Source of the DNA: Sphaerodactylus townsendi
Taxonomy: Eukaryota
Assembly: GCF_021028975.2 (NCBI RefSeq)
Contig: NC_059427.1
Coordinates: 119,908,001-119,972,000 of the forward strand
Length of the DNA stretch: 64,000 bases
Direction: 5' to 3'
Part shown: positions 39,420 through 52,520 of the stretch, one piece after another
Layout: each line of letters begins with the position of its first letter
Numbering within the stretch: position 1 is the first letter of the stretch
Program-made: the position numbers and the translations under genes
The notes under the pieces: generated by a model
Told to the model about the DNA's origin: nothing
Database searches by the model: none
The model's input: only the letters and a program-made list of their open reading frames with translations

Positions 39420-41738
39420 GTAAATTCATTGTCATATTTGAATCTCATTTTCTTGAAGTGTTATGCTTTCCAGGTCTGATTCTCCCTGGTTGCTGAAGGC
39501 TTGTTTATATCCTCCTCTTCCTGTTTAATCCCAGCAGACAAAAGAGGAAGTAGCTGTGAGGAGATGTGCTTTCTGCCATGTTTGACGAGGAATGGTGCAA
39601 TGTGAGAGCACTCCATATTGACACCATCCTGGTTCCTGTCCAAATGGCAACCATATGAGATGATCAGGAAACCTTAAAACTGTTATTCTGTTAGGGTGCT
39701 AGGGTGTGGAGTCTTCTCAGAAGATAAGGGCTGCAAAGTTTGTGCACAGCGCAATGGACTATACTGTGCTTCTGTCCCCAGGTTGGATATTGATCCCATT
39801 TTGCTCACCATTTTTCAGGAATTTGTCATAGTTGTAGGGACTCAAAAATGATCACAGTGGGAACTGTTCTGAGGCTATGGTAATTCTTATACAAGATGAT
39901 CCTATAGTTTGTGATTAGTTCATGAAGGTGGGTAGAATGCCTTGTCTGTCAGGATATCTATTTAAATATTCCAGAATGTTTAAGTCCGTCAAGTTTTAAC
40001 CATTCTTTATGATACCAGAATCTGGGAGTGATCTCATGCAGTCAAAAGCTCCTAAGTTAGACAGCATAGTTGCTCATGAGTTTTTTTGCCTTTCTTGTGC
40101 CTTTCTGCCAGCTCTGACCCTTGGGCTTACTTGGGGTGGTTTGGTGTAATTTCTTCTACATGCTTTGGGCATTGTATGGCCGTGGACTCCTAGGGATTTG
40201 CTGGGGATAACAATGGGCATAATCGTGCTACTTAATGAACATTTGGGCATTGCAAAACATTGCCTGTCAGAAAAATTCCCCTGCAAAATGAGCTCCTGAC
40301 TAACCCTCAGGTAGTTACCCTACAGAGCACATCACAGAGCCATGAAATGATAGGGTAAAGCCAGTGGTGGGATTCAGCAGGTTCGACCACTGGGTAAAGT
40401 CATCTTGTCTAGATAACATCTTACTGTAATGCAGAATATACATGCCCACAAATCCTTAAAGCAGTATAGCAGCTAAATTATAGTATGCCACAGAGCCCAG
40501 ATATATTAGAGTAGGGAATACCGACTTAGCTAAAATAGACATGTCATTTCTACAGGGAAATTAAAATCTAATGCTGAAATGGAAAAAAAATATTTTAATT
40601 TTAAATCTGGCAGATTTTTCACATTTGAAGCTGTGGGATCTGAACGGGAACAGTAAAATGTGTCCCCAAAGACAGAACCAAACATAAGACTCAATATTGA
40701 AACTCAAAAATATGTCATTTCTGGGAGGAAATGTTTCCTGTTTTGCTTTTTAAAAGTGAACATTTTCATTTCCAATTTTGTATAGTAATTTTCTAAATGT
40801 TTTAACATTTATTTCAGCTGTAGTAAAAAAAAAAGTTTTGTCTTTACTGAGACAAAATATGGAAAGCTCATTTGTCTCTTCAAGAGGCCATTTTGTTTAG
40901 TGTTTAAGCATCACTTTGTCCTAATGCCCCATAAGGCTGCCACTTCTGATTACTAAAATAGAAGAAGGAATATTCTACCTTGGCTGAAAGTTGTTTTTGT
41001 AGTACAGGATGAAGGGATACAGAGATAATATATGAGGTGTATAGCGACCCAACAAAAGTTTACAGATTGTCCTTCAACCCAAAGCCTCAAGAAAATGTAT
41101 ATATTTTTAAAAACACCGAATTGTTAACTGTTCTTTATCTTAATGTATAGGTGTTGTGTTTTATATATAGTTGTAACTTGATGGACCCCTTAGGTATGAA
41201 AAACTCTTTCCTCCCTTCAGTCATTTTAACAAAATCTTCAAATACTACTTTAAAACCCCCAAAAACCATACAATGGGGCAGGAGCCAGAGAACTGCAAGC
41301 TAAGTTCCATTCCTGGAACACATCTTTCCCTTTCTCCAGTGCTGTTACTGCCTGTGCATTCCCTGACAACCACATTCTCAGTTACAGTGTGGAATGTAGT
41401 ATGGGAAGCTACAACTCAAGAGGCAATCCAAGGAAATTGCTGGACTGCCCTCATTTGGCGTAATCAGAAGTGCTTTCTGTTTATACAAGTGGCAATTTAG
41501 CACTAACCCGATGGCAGCAGGCATTGAATCTCCACAAAATGTTTTAGTAGTTCTTTCATAGTAAAAGAATACCTGCAAATGAAGTTGGCCAGGCTGGTGG
41601 GGGAAAGTATTATATATTCTTAATACTCCTTTGGGATCAGGAGGTCAGGATTTTGTGGCACCTTAGAAAATGTCTTGAATTTGACCATATTGAAACCCAT
41701 TCAAAACCAACACTCTTTATCTATTTACCTTCTCTGAG

Positions 41739-41893
41739 ATGCAGCTTCAAAGGGGTGAGAGGTATACATTGGTAGACAACAGCAACCAGGAGAGCTGGGT
41801 GGTAGAGAATTCCAGCAGAGAGACAAAGGCAGCTCCTGCTGCATGCTTCACTATTCCACCTCCAGATCTGGAGGCCATAGACAGAGTTAACAG
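41739..41893 (+). CDS. EVPL: Envoplakin exon 12 (SH3-like region; may instead start at 41745)
   Basis: MQLQRGERYTLVDNS...WVVE...TKAAPAACFTIPPPD. Acceptor is GAG (41736-41738) or CAG (41742-41744); donor |gtgagt. Confidence 0.9.
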
Positions 41894-44360
41894 GTGAGTA
41901 CACAACTCATTTCCTTCTTTGTATTGCCTTGAGTGTACATAGCTTGCACATGAGGCTCAAAGAGCTGAGGATACATTTCCTGTCTCTTCTTTATTGGTGA
42001 CTTTTAAAACAAATTATTTGAGAAAATGAGTATGAAGTTCTGATCCTGAAAAATTGTTTGAGGCATCAGAATTGTTAGAAGTATCAGGGCCTTCCTGTAG
42101 CACAGGTTTACTGAAGGGGATGTGTGCACCAAAAAGTTCTGATTCACACTGGTGTCTGAATATACAGGAGAGAGATGCAGGTACCTGGGCTCTGATTTTC
42201 CCCTATGCCTGCTGAGTGCAGATGTGAATGGACTCTTCAGAGGATCTATAACTGAAAATGATTATGCTACTGTTTAAAGTAGGCTTGGAGTCATGGATAT
42301 CAGTTTTAGTCATATACACAATGATCCCATACAAGGTACTGATTGGGTGATTTTCATGTGATTAGCTTTGACAGTGAGATATGTGATGCAGTGGCTAGAC
42401 TATGTGGGGTTAGGATCTGGTATACCCAGGTTCAAATCCTTACTCCGCATGAAAGCTTCCTGTGTGACCTTGGGATAGTCACACACTCTCACCAAAACCT
42501 GTCTCACAATGTTGTTGTGAGGACAAAATGGAGGACAGGAGAACGATATAAATTGCTTTGAATCTCTGCTGGTGAAAAAGACAGGTTTTAACTGAAATAA
42601 ATAATTACTTATACTGAATATGTGATTATTACCTTAAGGTACTTGTAAAAGTATCCTATATAAGTGTTGTGCGAAGGTACAATACGGGCCAGTATAATTA
42701 AGCATAAAGAATTTAACTACATGGCCCCTACTCCCTTTTCCTCTGGATTGTTTCCTTCAAAACACCTCTATTTGTGTAGCTAGTCACTCAATGCTGTCTT
42801 TGAAACAGGTATGTTAATTAGGTTGCATCCTTCCGAGTGCCTTGCACGTTACTCTTTGTAGATTCTGCCTCACCTCCCATTTGGAAACTCTGTGGATCCG
42901 TGACAACCTCACTAATTAGTGCTGGTATTTCCTAGGTGGCATATATGCACCCTAGTATTGACAATCAGCTAAAGCTAATTCTGATAAGAAATCTAAAGGA
43001 TTTCCTTCATTATATATTCTTGGAAAATATTCTTGAGCCTTTTGCTACCAAATATTCTTCTGCTTATTCTTTTCATGGATGGCATGTTCACCTATTGTTT
43101 TTTCAATCCCACTTTTCTGTCCTCCAGCTAACCATAGAGGCAACCTGCTCTGCCTCAACACATATCCCTCCTCTCTTCTTTGAGATATCACAAGTATCAT
43201 TTGTATGAATCTACACATGTAAAAAAATCCATGTCCAGGTGATGTCCCCTGTCTCCCTTCCTCTCCTCCCCACCCAGATGGGTGCACCATGATGGGCCCC
43301 CCTTCCCCCTCCCCTCCCCCCTGGGGAGGTGATGTCAATACAAGATCACAACCACAAAGTAAACATACCAGCTAGCACTAAGGAGCTCTAGTTTATAAAT
43401 TGTTCATAAATATCATTCAGTCCAGTGGCTACCTGAACAAATCACTCTGAAGGTAAACCTGTAAGACAGCATACCTGTTATATCAGTACAATGAGATTTC
43501 TGGTCAAAATCTGCTCTGAAAAAATGAGAATGGATAAAATCTGGAAATCCAGCAGTTGTCTGACAACCCTAAGAAATTCTAGGAAACCCTGACTAGCTCA
43601 GTTAATGAGGAACAGTAACCTCTGAATATATTAGCCATCCTTTTATTTATACAAACAGGATGGTTAAGGTGTGGTGGAAAGAACTTTTTCCTGTTTTCCA
43701 GGCAATTGAAATGGTGGAAAGGCCATTGTAGTTGATGAGATTCATAAAACACTCCCCAGGTTATTCAGTGTACAGTGACAGGTTTACTATAATTAATATC
43801 ATAAAAAGTAATGTATGACTGCAAATGCCTCATAAGTATGTAGTAGGCAGGGCAAAGTGTACCTTGTCTTCATGAAAAAAGAGTGGTTAAAACAAAGAGT
43901 GGCTTAAAAGCCACATGGTACAAGAGCCATGAGAGCCATTTCTGCATAGCTCAACATCAGATGTCGCAGGGTGTCCATAACAAGAATATCTCAGGCCAGG
44001 CAATGGCTGCGTTCATTTCTGAAGTCCTTAAGATTGCTTTCCAGAGACGTTGCAGGAGCAGCAAGGGAGGCAGCTCAAGTAGAAAGAGCACCTCCGTCTG
44101 CTCAGGTAAAGAATATATAAAGCACGGATAGTAGTGAGAATTAGGTAGTGGTACATCTTAACTGTATAAATAATTGCTCAGCGGGTGGGGAGAAAATGTG
44201 ATTTCCCCTCTCCCCCAGGATTAATTCACGAGGAACAAAAAAGTGTGATTGTGTCAATGCACCAGTAGAAAACTCCATTCTTTTAAAGTGTGCAAACAAA
44301 CTTGTGTTGTAGGGAAAGGCATGCTGTGAACACTGTTAACTGCTGTATTGTCATGTTTAG

Positions 44361-44458
44361 GCTGGAGAGTGAGCTGAACACAGTGAAGGAGAGGAGAGCT
44401 ATAGTCCAGAACACCCTGAGAAGCAGCCACAAAGAGCCCATTAAACCCAGCCAGCATG
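44361..44458 (+). CDS. EVPL: Envoplakin exon 13
   Basis: LESELNTVKERRAIVQNTLRSSHKEPIKPSQH. tag| and G|gtacgt; phases 2 and 1 fit the neighbours. Confidence 0.92.
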
Positions 44459-44636
44459 GTACGTGTCAGCATATCAGCTGTTTACTAGTTGGAAACTGCA
44501 TTGCTGCTGCAGTGGGATTGGGCAGGTGAAATACTCCACTACAATTTCATGGAACTACAAGATCCTGCTTTGGGTTCCCTATGGAGAAATCCATGAGGAA
44601 AAGAAAACTTGGGAACAGATTAGGTTTTATTGTGGA

Positions 44637-44784
44637 CAGAGGTGTAGCTCCAAGGGGACAGGGGTGCGCGCGATGCACCGGGCGTTCTGTCGTTCTGGGG
44701 CGGGATGGGGGCATTCTGAGGTGGGACAGGGACAGAGGACACACTGGTGCACCAGGCGCTTTCCCCACCCTTGCTACGTCTCTG
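44637..44784. mobile_element. 148-bp hAT MITE in EVPL intron 13
   Basis: TIRs CAGAGGTGTAGC and GCTACGTCTCTG. Perfect TSD ATTGTGGA. Same family at 62238-62373. Confidence 0.85.
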
Positions 44785-44885
44785 ATTGTGGATGTGACAA
44801 ATGTAGGGTGGAAAATTTAGGTACAGTAACAACTGTCAACCTGTATGGAAAGTCAAAGTTTTGCTTGCTTTAATTGTCATTCCAG

Positions 44886-45067
44886 TTCCCGTTAGAGGCT
44901 CTACTGTGGCTCAAGGTGACCCCCAAGCTGACCAGCTGCTTCATAAACTGGATAAGATTGATGGTGATTTGAACCAGGTCAAGAAGGAGATATTTGGTCG
45001 TCTCAGGTCCCCACTGAACTACAGTGCCCCAGCAGAGGATCTTGTTCAAAGGATCCAAGACCACGAG
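44886..45067 (+). CDS. EVPL: Envoplakin exon 14 (followed by a GC donor)
   Basis: ...DPQADQLLHKLDKIDGDLNQV...EDLVQRIQDHE. Ends GAG|gcaagt at the position homologous to human IHSHE|GTAQR. Confidence 0.9.
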
Positions 45068-45486
45068 GCAAGTGCTGAAGGACCGAGAGCTTGCTTGCTT
45101 GTCCGTGATCTCTTTTCTCATGCATTTGGTGGAATGTTTTAGCAGAAACTGAACCAAACTATGTTACGTTGCAATCTCTGTCCATCATAGTCTATCATTT
45201 TATTGATATGATGATATGTTATCACTGTTTCGATTTTGTAAACAAACCCTGGATGCTATTGCAGAAAAAGAGCAGAGAAGAAATTCCTCAAATAAATAAA
45301 TAAATAAAACAAATTAGGCCACGTAAACTGATCCACTGTCATCCCACTAGCTCAATGGGTTTGAATCCTGTGTGTGTTGTAGAGATACCTGCCTCTGCCT
45401 GAGATCAGCCTTGGTCATTCTACAGTTGCCTATTGTTTTACACTAAACTTTAGTGCTCGATGTAAACAAAAAAAACCTTTTATCAG

Positions 45487-45665
45487 GGAACAACAAGGAG
45501 ATTTCAAGTCACTGGTGCAGAGAAGGAAGCTCTTCAGAAGGAGTGTGAGACCTATCTTTCCAAGAAGCCAACTAGCACCTCTGCCTCTCAGCTTCCTGTG
45601 ATGCTTAACAACATAAAGAACAAATACAATGATGTGAAGGTGCTCTCCGGGCTTTATAATGAAAA
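45487..45665 (+). CDS. EVPL: Envoplakin exon 15
   Basis: GTTRRFQVTGAEKEALQKECETYL...QLPVMLNNIKNKYNDV...YNE. cag| and |gtaagt. Confidence 0.94.
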
Positions 45666-45840
45666 GTAAGTTAAATCAGAGTGATAACTGTTAGTAATGA
45701 ATGGAGAGGCTGTCTGTGATGGGAAGGCAAAAATACTTTATAGAGGGCTTCCAGCTTTTTGACTCAGATAATACAAGTGAGAAAAACCATTACTGAAGTG
45801 AAATTTTGACCTTTGGCTTTACAATATCTTCCCTCCTCAG

Positions 45841-45979
45841 AGCCAAAGCAGCCCTGAATCTGGAGAATCAAATAGAGAACACGGATAAGATCATTAGCAC
45901 ATTTGAGGCCAAGTTGGCCCATGACGGCACCATCCCAGCTTCGCCCAATGCACTGCCAGACCGGGCCAATGAACTCCAG
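45841..45979 (+). CDS. EVPL: Envoplakin exon 16
   Basis: AKAALNLENQIENTDKIISTFEAKL...RANELQ. cag| and |gtaaga. Confidence 0.95.
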
Positions 45980-46029
45980 GTAAGAGTCAAAGGCATATCT
46001 GTGATCAGGAGATATGGGGTGAGGAAGAA

Positions 46030-46200
46030 CTCAGCTCAGTGGAAGATCTGCTTTGCATGCAGAAGATCATAGGTTCAATCCTGGCATCTCTTGTTAAAGG
46101 ATCAGGTAACAGGAGATGTGAAAGACCACCAACTGAGACCCTGGAGAGCTGGCAGTACTGATGCTGATTGACTAGTGGTCTGATTCAGTATAAGGCAACT
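46030..46200 (+). mobile_element. Old tRNA-derived SINE with CR1-like tail
   Basis: A box AGCTCAGTGG, B box GGTTCAATCC and tail GGTCTGATTCAGTATAAGGCA. Confidence 0.6.
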
Positions 46201-47147
46201 TTAGCTGTCTGCAGAGACACATAGAGCTTACCTGTCCAACCTCTTAATTTTTTAATAGGATACACACAAGAGTCAATCAGTTCTCAACCATTTTCATTCA
46301 TAATTCTCCTGGAGAATATCAGATCAATGGCATAATGTTAGAAATTACTTTGCAAACTGATTAATTAAACAATTGCCCTTGCTCATGGGTTAGTCTCCTC
46401 AGAAACAGAGAAGAGTGATAGGAGAAAAATACAGCATTGCACTGACCTGTCACTGTTGATTATCAAGTGGTCTTCTGTGCAGGTACACTTTGGGGCTGTG
46501 TGTGTGCCGGCCAGCCACAAAAGAGAGTTGTCTAGAGGCAAGAATGTAACCTGCAAAAGTTACAGAAATATAATACATGTGCATCCTTCTTGAAAAACCT
46601 ACCCAGCACAAATACCAGTGTCTTTTTGTAATTTTTCTGTCCCCTGGAGCAGACAAGAGTAGTGGAGCGTTGTTCTCTTCCACAGATGTACTTTGCGTCC
46701 TGCAACAAAAATAGGCAGATGGCAAAAATAGGCAATGGATACATTAGTGATCATCAATTCTAGGGCCTCTATCCTCTTATTATGAAAGGCAATTGCATAT
46801 CATTCTTGGGGGGGGAAATGTGTTAGAACAGTGCTCACAGAGAGACCTTTGGAAAGTTGAACTTTAGCACAGATGTACCTGGTCTCTGATGCTGAAAAGT
46901 CCCTAGCTTTGCCCAATAGGTCTTGAATGTCTCTCCTGGAAATACTGTATCCTCTTCAGTAATCTTTTGCACCTTTATGTTATTCCTCACTCCACTTATT
47001 TCAGCTTAACACAACTAGTCTGCCTCAGTCTTGGAGTAGTGTAGGATTGTATTCTCTAGGAATTCAACTGTACTAGATTATTATTTTTTCCACACATGGG
47101 TTTAAATAAAATTGCTGTTCTGAATTAAGTGTCTCTTCCCTTTGTAG

Positions 47148-47341
47148 AAACTGAAGCGAGAGTTAGTCAAACATGAAGACAGCTTGTTAAAGCTAAACCG
47201 TGGCCTCAAAGACGCTGAGCACGGCTGTAGCGCTGTGCAGAACAACTTCCAGGAGTACTGCCCAGATCTACCGAAGCAAAAGAGGGAGGTCCAGCTCCTT
47301 AATGACCGATATCATGCGGTAGCTGACCAGCTGGATCACCG
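47148..47341 (+). CDS. EVPL: Envoplakin exon 17
   Basis: KLKRELV...VQNNFQEYCPDLPKQKREVQLLNDRYHAVADQLDH. tag| and |gtgaga. Confidence 0.95.
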
Positions 47342-48178
47342 GTGAGAAGCCAAACCCTTTCCATTCATGGCTAGTAAGAAAACCCACTCACTTAAATGCT
47401 AGATTTGAACTGTAGATCTTTAAAGAGATGGCTTCTGGGATCCCCCCCTTTTCTGTCCAAGATTTCAATTCAATTGTACCGCAGATGTCCCCAAAGTCTA
47501 CACAATGAAGGTGCCTCTTAATATAAACAAAAGTGAAAGTGTAGGTAGGTCTGGTAGCCATTTTGCTGTCAATGTCTTATCTCCAAATGACCAGCTCATT
47601 GTTTCCTAGAAGCAAGCGAGTTGTAACACTTCCTATGGCTAGATTAAAGATTGTCCCATCTTTCAGAAGCACATTTGGAATTGTCACACTGCACCTAGAA
47701 CTCAATACACAATGCAATCAGAACTGTTGTTCTGTGGACATATTGGCAGACTAAACAGTGAGAACTAAGCAGTGAATGGTAAACTTCTTTTCACATTTTC
47801 TTTTGGAGGGCACCCATGTATGTTCAGCAAAATGAGAACAATGGGTGTCATAATCTCTCTACTTTCAAATATGCACAATGGCCTGAGATGGCTCATGTCC
47901 TTATAACGTTTAAAAGGAAAGGAAGGACTAAACTGACCCTGGTCTTACTCTCGGCAGCTCTAGGGTTATGCAGTTCCTCCCAGTTACGGGGCCCACCACT
48001 GGACTCAGAGGTGGAAGAATCCATCCTAGCAGCCAGAAAATGCCAGCCAGTTTCCTGGACTTCTGTGTCTCACTAGATTAGAATATATGGCCCATTGGTC
48101 TTTCAGCACAGCTGTTCTTACATAGTGCTCAACCAAGAGGGTTCTTTTCTTAATTTGTGTCTTCCACTTGATGTCCAG

Positions 48179-48329
48179 GGAGAAGACGCTCCGGAATACC
48201 AGTCTCACCTACCAACAGTTCCAAAATGCCAACGAAAACTTGATGTTCTGGCTCAACAATCTGCCCACATATCAAGTCAAGACCACAGATGGGCCAAGTC
48301 AAATCAGCTACAAGCTCCAGGCCCAAAAG
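48179..48329 (+). CDS. EVPL: Envoplakin exon 18
   Basis: EKTLRNTSLTYQQFQNA...DGPSQISYKLQAQK. cag| and |gtgagc. Confidence 0.95.
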
Positions 48330-48566
48330 GTGAGCACTGTGATTTCTTCAGAACAGGCAAGGGAAGAAAGGCTCCTGCTATACTTCTCACCTGCAGGACT
48401 TAATAAAATGAACAGATGAAAATATGCAGAGAACAAAGACTAAGGCTGAGTAGGATATGAAACAAAATGGAATAGAAATCAGCTCTGCAAGTGTAACTGC
48501 CTTGGGATGAGTTCTTTATTCATTGACTGCAATCTCAAGTCATTCATTCATGTGTGAAACCGCTGT

Positions 48567-48867
48567 AGAAGAAGAAGAGTTTGGATTTATATCCCCTCCT
48601 TTCTCTCCTGCAGGAGACTCAAAGGGGCTTACAATCTCCTTGCCCTTCCCCCCTCATAACAAACACCCTGTGAGGTGGGTGGGGCTGAGAGAGCTCCAAG
48701 AAGCTGTGACTAGCCCAAGGTCACCCAGCTGGCATGTGTGGGAGTGCACAGGCTAATCTGAATTCCCCAGATAAGCCTCCACAGCTCAGGCAGCAGACCT
48801 GGGAATCAAACCCGGTTCCTCCAGATTAGATACACGAGCTCTTAACCTCCTACGCCACTGCTGCTCC
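48567..48867 (-). mobile_element. Squam3-like SINE
   Basis: Near full length with (CTT)n tail. Confidence 0.8.
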
Positions 48868-49010
48868 TGTATCCAAAAGCAGGATTGCAGCCCCTTTGGA
48901 GCATACTATTTTTAATTTGCAGACTATCAGGCACAGTGTTGCTGCTTTCTGGAGAAATTATACAGTACCCTGCTGGATTTTATCCTAACTCTCTGTTTGT
49001 TTTTCTGTAG

Positions 49011-49094
49011 AGGCTGGCAGATGAAATACAGAGCAAAGAATCTGATAAGGATTCCTTGGTCAACTTATCCCAGAATGTGCAATCGATTCTCAAT
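49011..49094 (+). CDS. EVPL: Envoplakin exon 19
   Basis: RLADEIQSKESDKDSLVNLSQNVQSILN, 28 aa as in the human exon. tag| and |gtacgt. Confidence 0.92.
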
Positions 49095-49178
49095 GTACGT
49101 TTTCAGGTTTTCTGTATATTTTCCACTTTCAGAGGGTGAACCAGCCCATACTCCTTTGACTCTTATTCTTTTTAACAG

Positions 49179-49289
49179 GATTATGAAATACAGGCAGGAA
49201 AATATCGATCATATCTGGATCCTGCTTTGACAGCTTCTTCTGCTAAGCGTCTCCGGGTAACTCCACTTCAGGAGAGCATCCAGAATCAG
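49179..49289 (+). CDS. EVPL: Envoplakin exon 20
   Basis: DYEIQAGKYRSYLDP...KRLRVTPLQESIQNQ. cag| and |gtgaga. Confidence 0.95.
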
Positions 49290-50368
49290 GTGAGAGCTTG
49301 TGCCGGTCTCCTGTACAAAAGTACAGGTTGACTAATTATGTTCACTTTCTCTAATCAGAATTTAGGCTTTCAAAGCAGCTTACAAAATATAAAAATAGCA
49401 AAACATTATTGAAGAACATTAGGTTAAGAACATTTAAAAAAAACCCCAAATCTGACAAAGCAAGCATCAGAAGTCAATTGTAAAATGCTGAATTAGCTCC
49501 TCCATTAAACCAAAGCTCTTCCTTTGGAATGGATGTCATAACTTACAAGATCACGTTGCCAAGCTGATAATTACCACTGTGTGAGTTCATAGAACTGGCT
49601 GACAATGATCTACTTCAGGATCCCTTTTTCAGCCCGCACTTTTGAACCCTTGGAATTCAAACGCAAGGAGGTCTGAACAAACTACAAAATGATTGCTGCA
49701 GGAGGCAGAGCTGCCCATAAAATGGCTACTGCAGGAGCTAGATCCAACCACACAATGTCAGGATGTGAGATTATGCATAACTTTAGCAATAACACTTTAA
49801 CATTTCTGGCTGATATTCTGCTTAATAGGATGCCTTTTAAAAGGAACATTGTTTAAAAATAGTCTCTTGTATACACACAGTTTACCTTACGTCATGCAGT
49901 GAAGATAACTGTGCTGAAAGGAATTTTTAAAAATCTGCTCATCCAATCCAGTCTCTAAAGACCAATCAGAAGCTCTGTGGGGCACAAGCCTTACTTACTT
50001 TCTAAAAATACTTGGCATGCACCAGGAAACATGTCCAAAGGTACCATGGTGCCCACAGGCACCACTTCGGGGAACTTTGATCTCTTTCAACTTCTTCCTG
50101 AGACACCCAAACTTTTCAGTCACACATATCACACACGCCCCCGCACGCACACACCCACACCATTTTTTGTTACAAACAGCTAGCAAGACACATTCCTGTT
50201 GTCGATGTCCTGTCCCCCACTCCCGGTCCACTCCTGGTCCACAGAGATGAATTTGTTCAGTACTATAATGCAACAGATTTCAGTAGCTTTATGTGGAAGA
50301 TAAATGTCAAGATGCCATGGGAGAAAGCACCATGATGTTTAACTGATGTTTTGGACAACTCACTTTAG

Positions 50369-50461
50369 GAAAATGAGGTGACAAGGTGCTACATGGAGGC
50401 AGCTGCTGAAAACAAACAACAGATCAACCGGCTGGAATTTGCCAAGAAAGTTATGGACAAG
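50369..50461 (+). CDS. EVPL: Envoplakin exon 21
   Basis: ENEVTRCYMEAAAENKQQINRLEFAKKVMDK. tag| and |gtactt. Confidence 0.93.
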
Positions 50462-50659
50462 GTACTTGTGAATCTTGTTTATTATTTATATACTTGCCTT
50501 TCTCTTAGGAATGCTGGGACCCAAAGTGGGTAATAATAATACAAAAATAATACAAACAATTTAATAAAACAGAACATTAAAAAGTCACACTAAACACATA
50601 AAGCAAAACAACTTAAGCACCAACTATCAGGGTATTGTTCCCCTCCCCCAGCCCAGACT

Positions 50660-50953
50660 TAAGAACATAAGAACAAGCCAGCTGGATCAGACCAGAGTCC
50701 ATCTAGTCCAGCTGTCTCCTACTCGCAGTGGCCCACCAGGTGCCTTTCGGATCTCACATGCTGGATGTGAAAGCAATGGCCTTCTGCGGCTGTTGCTCCT
50801 GAGCACCTAGTCTGTTAAGGCATTTGCAATCTTGGATCAAGGAGGATCAAGATTGGTAGCCATAGATTGACTTCTCCACAAATCGGTTCAAGCCCTTTTT
50901 AAAGCTATCCAGGTTAGTGGCCATCACCACCTCCTTGGTGGCCATCACCACCT
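50660..50953 (-). mobile_element. CR1 LINE 3' end
   Basis: Reverse complement of the 3' part of the 21133-21569 copy. Confidence 0.85.
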
Positions 50954-51859
50954 TCTTTTGGACTTAGGATGTCCAAAAAGCTATCTGGAACAGCTGTTTA
51001 CAGCCTTGCTGGGAAGCCAGAAAAATAGGATTTCCCCTGACCTCTTCTGGGAGGCTGTTGCTGCCTGAGAATGGTATCACCCCCTCTCAGAGCCCTTTGA
51101 CCCAATAATCACACAACACTCGTGGCTGGGGAAAATTACTTGGCCATAGCCAATCGCTTATTGTGCAGTAAGAAGCATAAGGTGAAGCATGGGACTCTAA
51201 TCTGATTTTTAACACTGGTAGCCCCTCCTCAGGGGTGCCTCCAGGGCAAGCTGCTCTTCCCGCTGCCCTGCTGGCTGACAGATGCCCATGCCGCTACTGT
51301 GGAGCTCCAGCGGGTGGGTGGCCTCTTACTGCAGCTCTGTTGCAATGCTCGGCTGGGCGGTCGGCTTCTTGCCATAGCATTCCATCCCACTATTACCCAT
51401 CTAGCTTTGCATTTGCACCCATTCTGTACACTTTTTCTGTCTCCTTGGTAAATCTGATTTGGCGGTTCCTGAGACCAAGATTACACTTATTTTTCCCCCA
51501 AGTAGATAGTGCTTTTCTGACAAGGTCACAGAGCTGAAATGTTTGTGAGGCATGAGATGTTTTTGTAATATCCACAGCATAATTGACAGTTTGCATCTTC
51601 ATAGCTGTAAAACTTACTGAGCTCACAGTCTTTAGAAACATATCAGTAAATGGCTTAGATAGAGTTTCTCCTACTGCCATATCATTCGAGATATGATTTC
51701 AGCAAACTTTTTGGATGTTCTTCTATGCCATTTGTAAGTGTCACAATGATGACAGTATCAATACATTTTTTTAAGTATTCAAAAAATTTCAAACATTATC
51801 CCAGTATATCTTCAATGGCTGTGTAAGAGAGACCAGTATTGTTATCCACTCACAAGATC

Positions 51860-52375
51860 GCCTCTCCTAATATACTCCCCAGAGGGCACTGCGCTGTGCA
51901 AATAACAATTTGTTGGGGGTTCCTGGCCCAAAAAGTGACCAGCTGTCTTCAACTAGAGCCAGGGCATTTTTGGCCCTGGCCCCAGCCTGGTGGAATGCTC
52001 TATCTAATGAGACCAGGACCCTGTGGGACTTGCCACAGTTCCGCAGGGCCTGCAAGATAGAGCTATTCCACCAAGCCTATAGTTGAGGACAGCTGCAGTA
52101 CTGTCATTGTCCATCTTATCCAACTTCTCTTTCCTCTTCCCTTTCCACTCTTCCCTTTTCTCTCCTTCTCCTCCTCTTTGTATTATTTAAAAATGACGAG
52201 ATTTCTATCCCACCCTGATATGCTATCTATATAGTTTTAGAAGTTTAAAAAAATTCTAGACCATTAGATTTTAAATGTTTTATTATTATTGAGACTGTGT
52301 TAATATATGGATTGTTAGCTGCTCTGAGTCAACTTGACGGGGAGAGCTGGGATATAAATTGAATGAATGAATAAA
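51860..52375 (+). mobile_element. L2-like LINE 3' fragment
   Basis: Homologous to 18066-18558. Ends in (TGAA)n. Confidence 0.7.
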
Positions 52376-52520
52376 AGCAATAAATGTAGGGAGCTGGGGC
52401 AGTAGCTTATATAAAAACAAACTCATAACTGAAAATGAGTAATTCCCAGCTTCTTCTCTTTATTGCTGAATTACTACATTGCTGCTACATATGCAAATAG
52501 CTAATTGTACAAAACACTGG

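Noticed and set aside
44045-44105. AG..GT-bounded 61-nt open segment as an extra EVPL exon
   Set aside because: Its length breaks the phase 2 to phase 2 join, exons 12 and 13 already join with full homology, and the sequence resembles a decayed SINE head.
49095-49178. In-frame retention of the 84-nt intron 19
   Set aside because: It contains an in-frame TGA.
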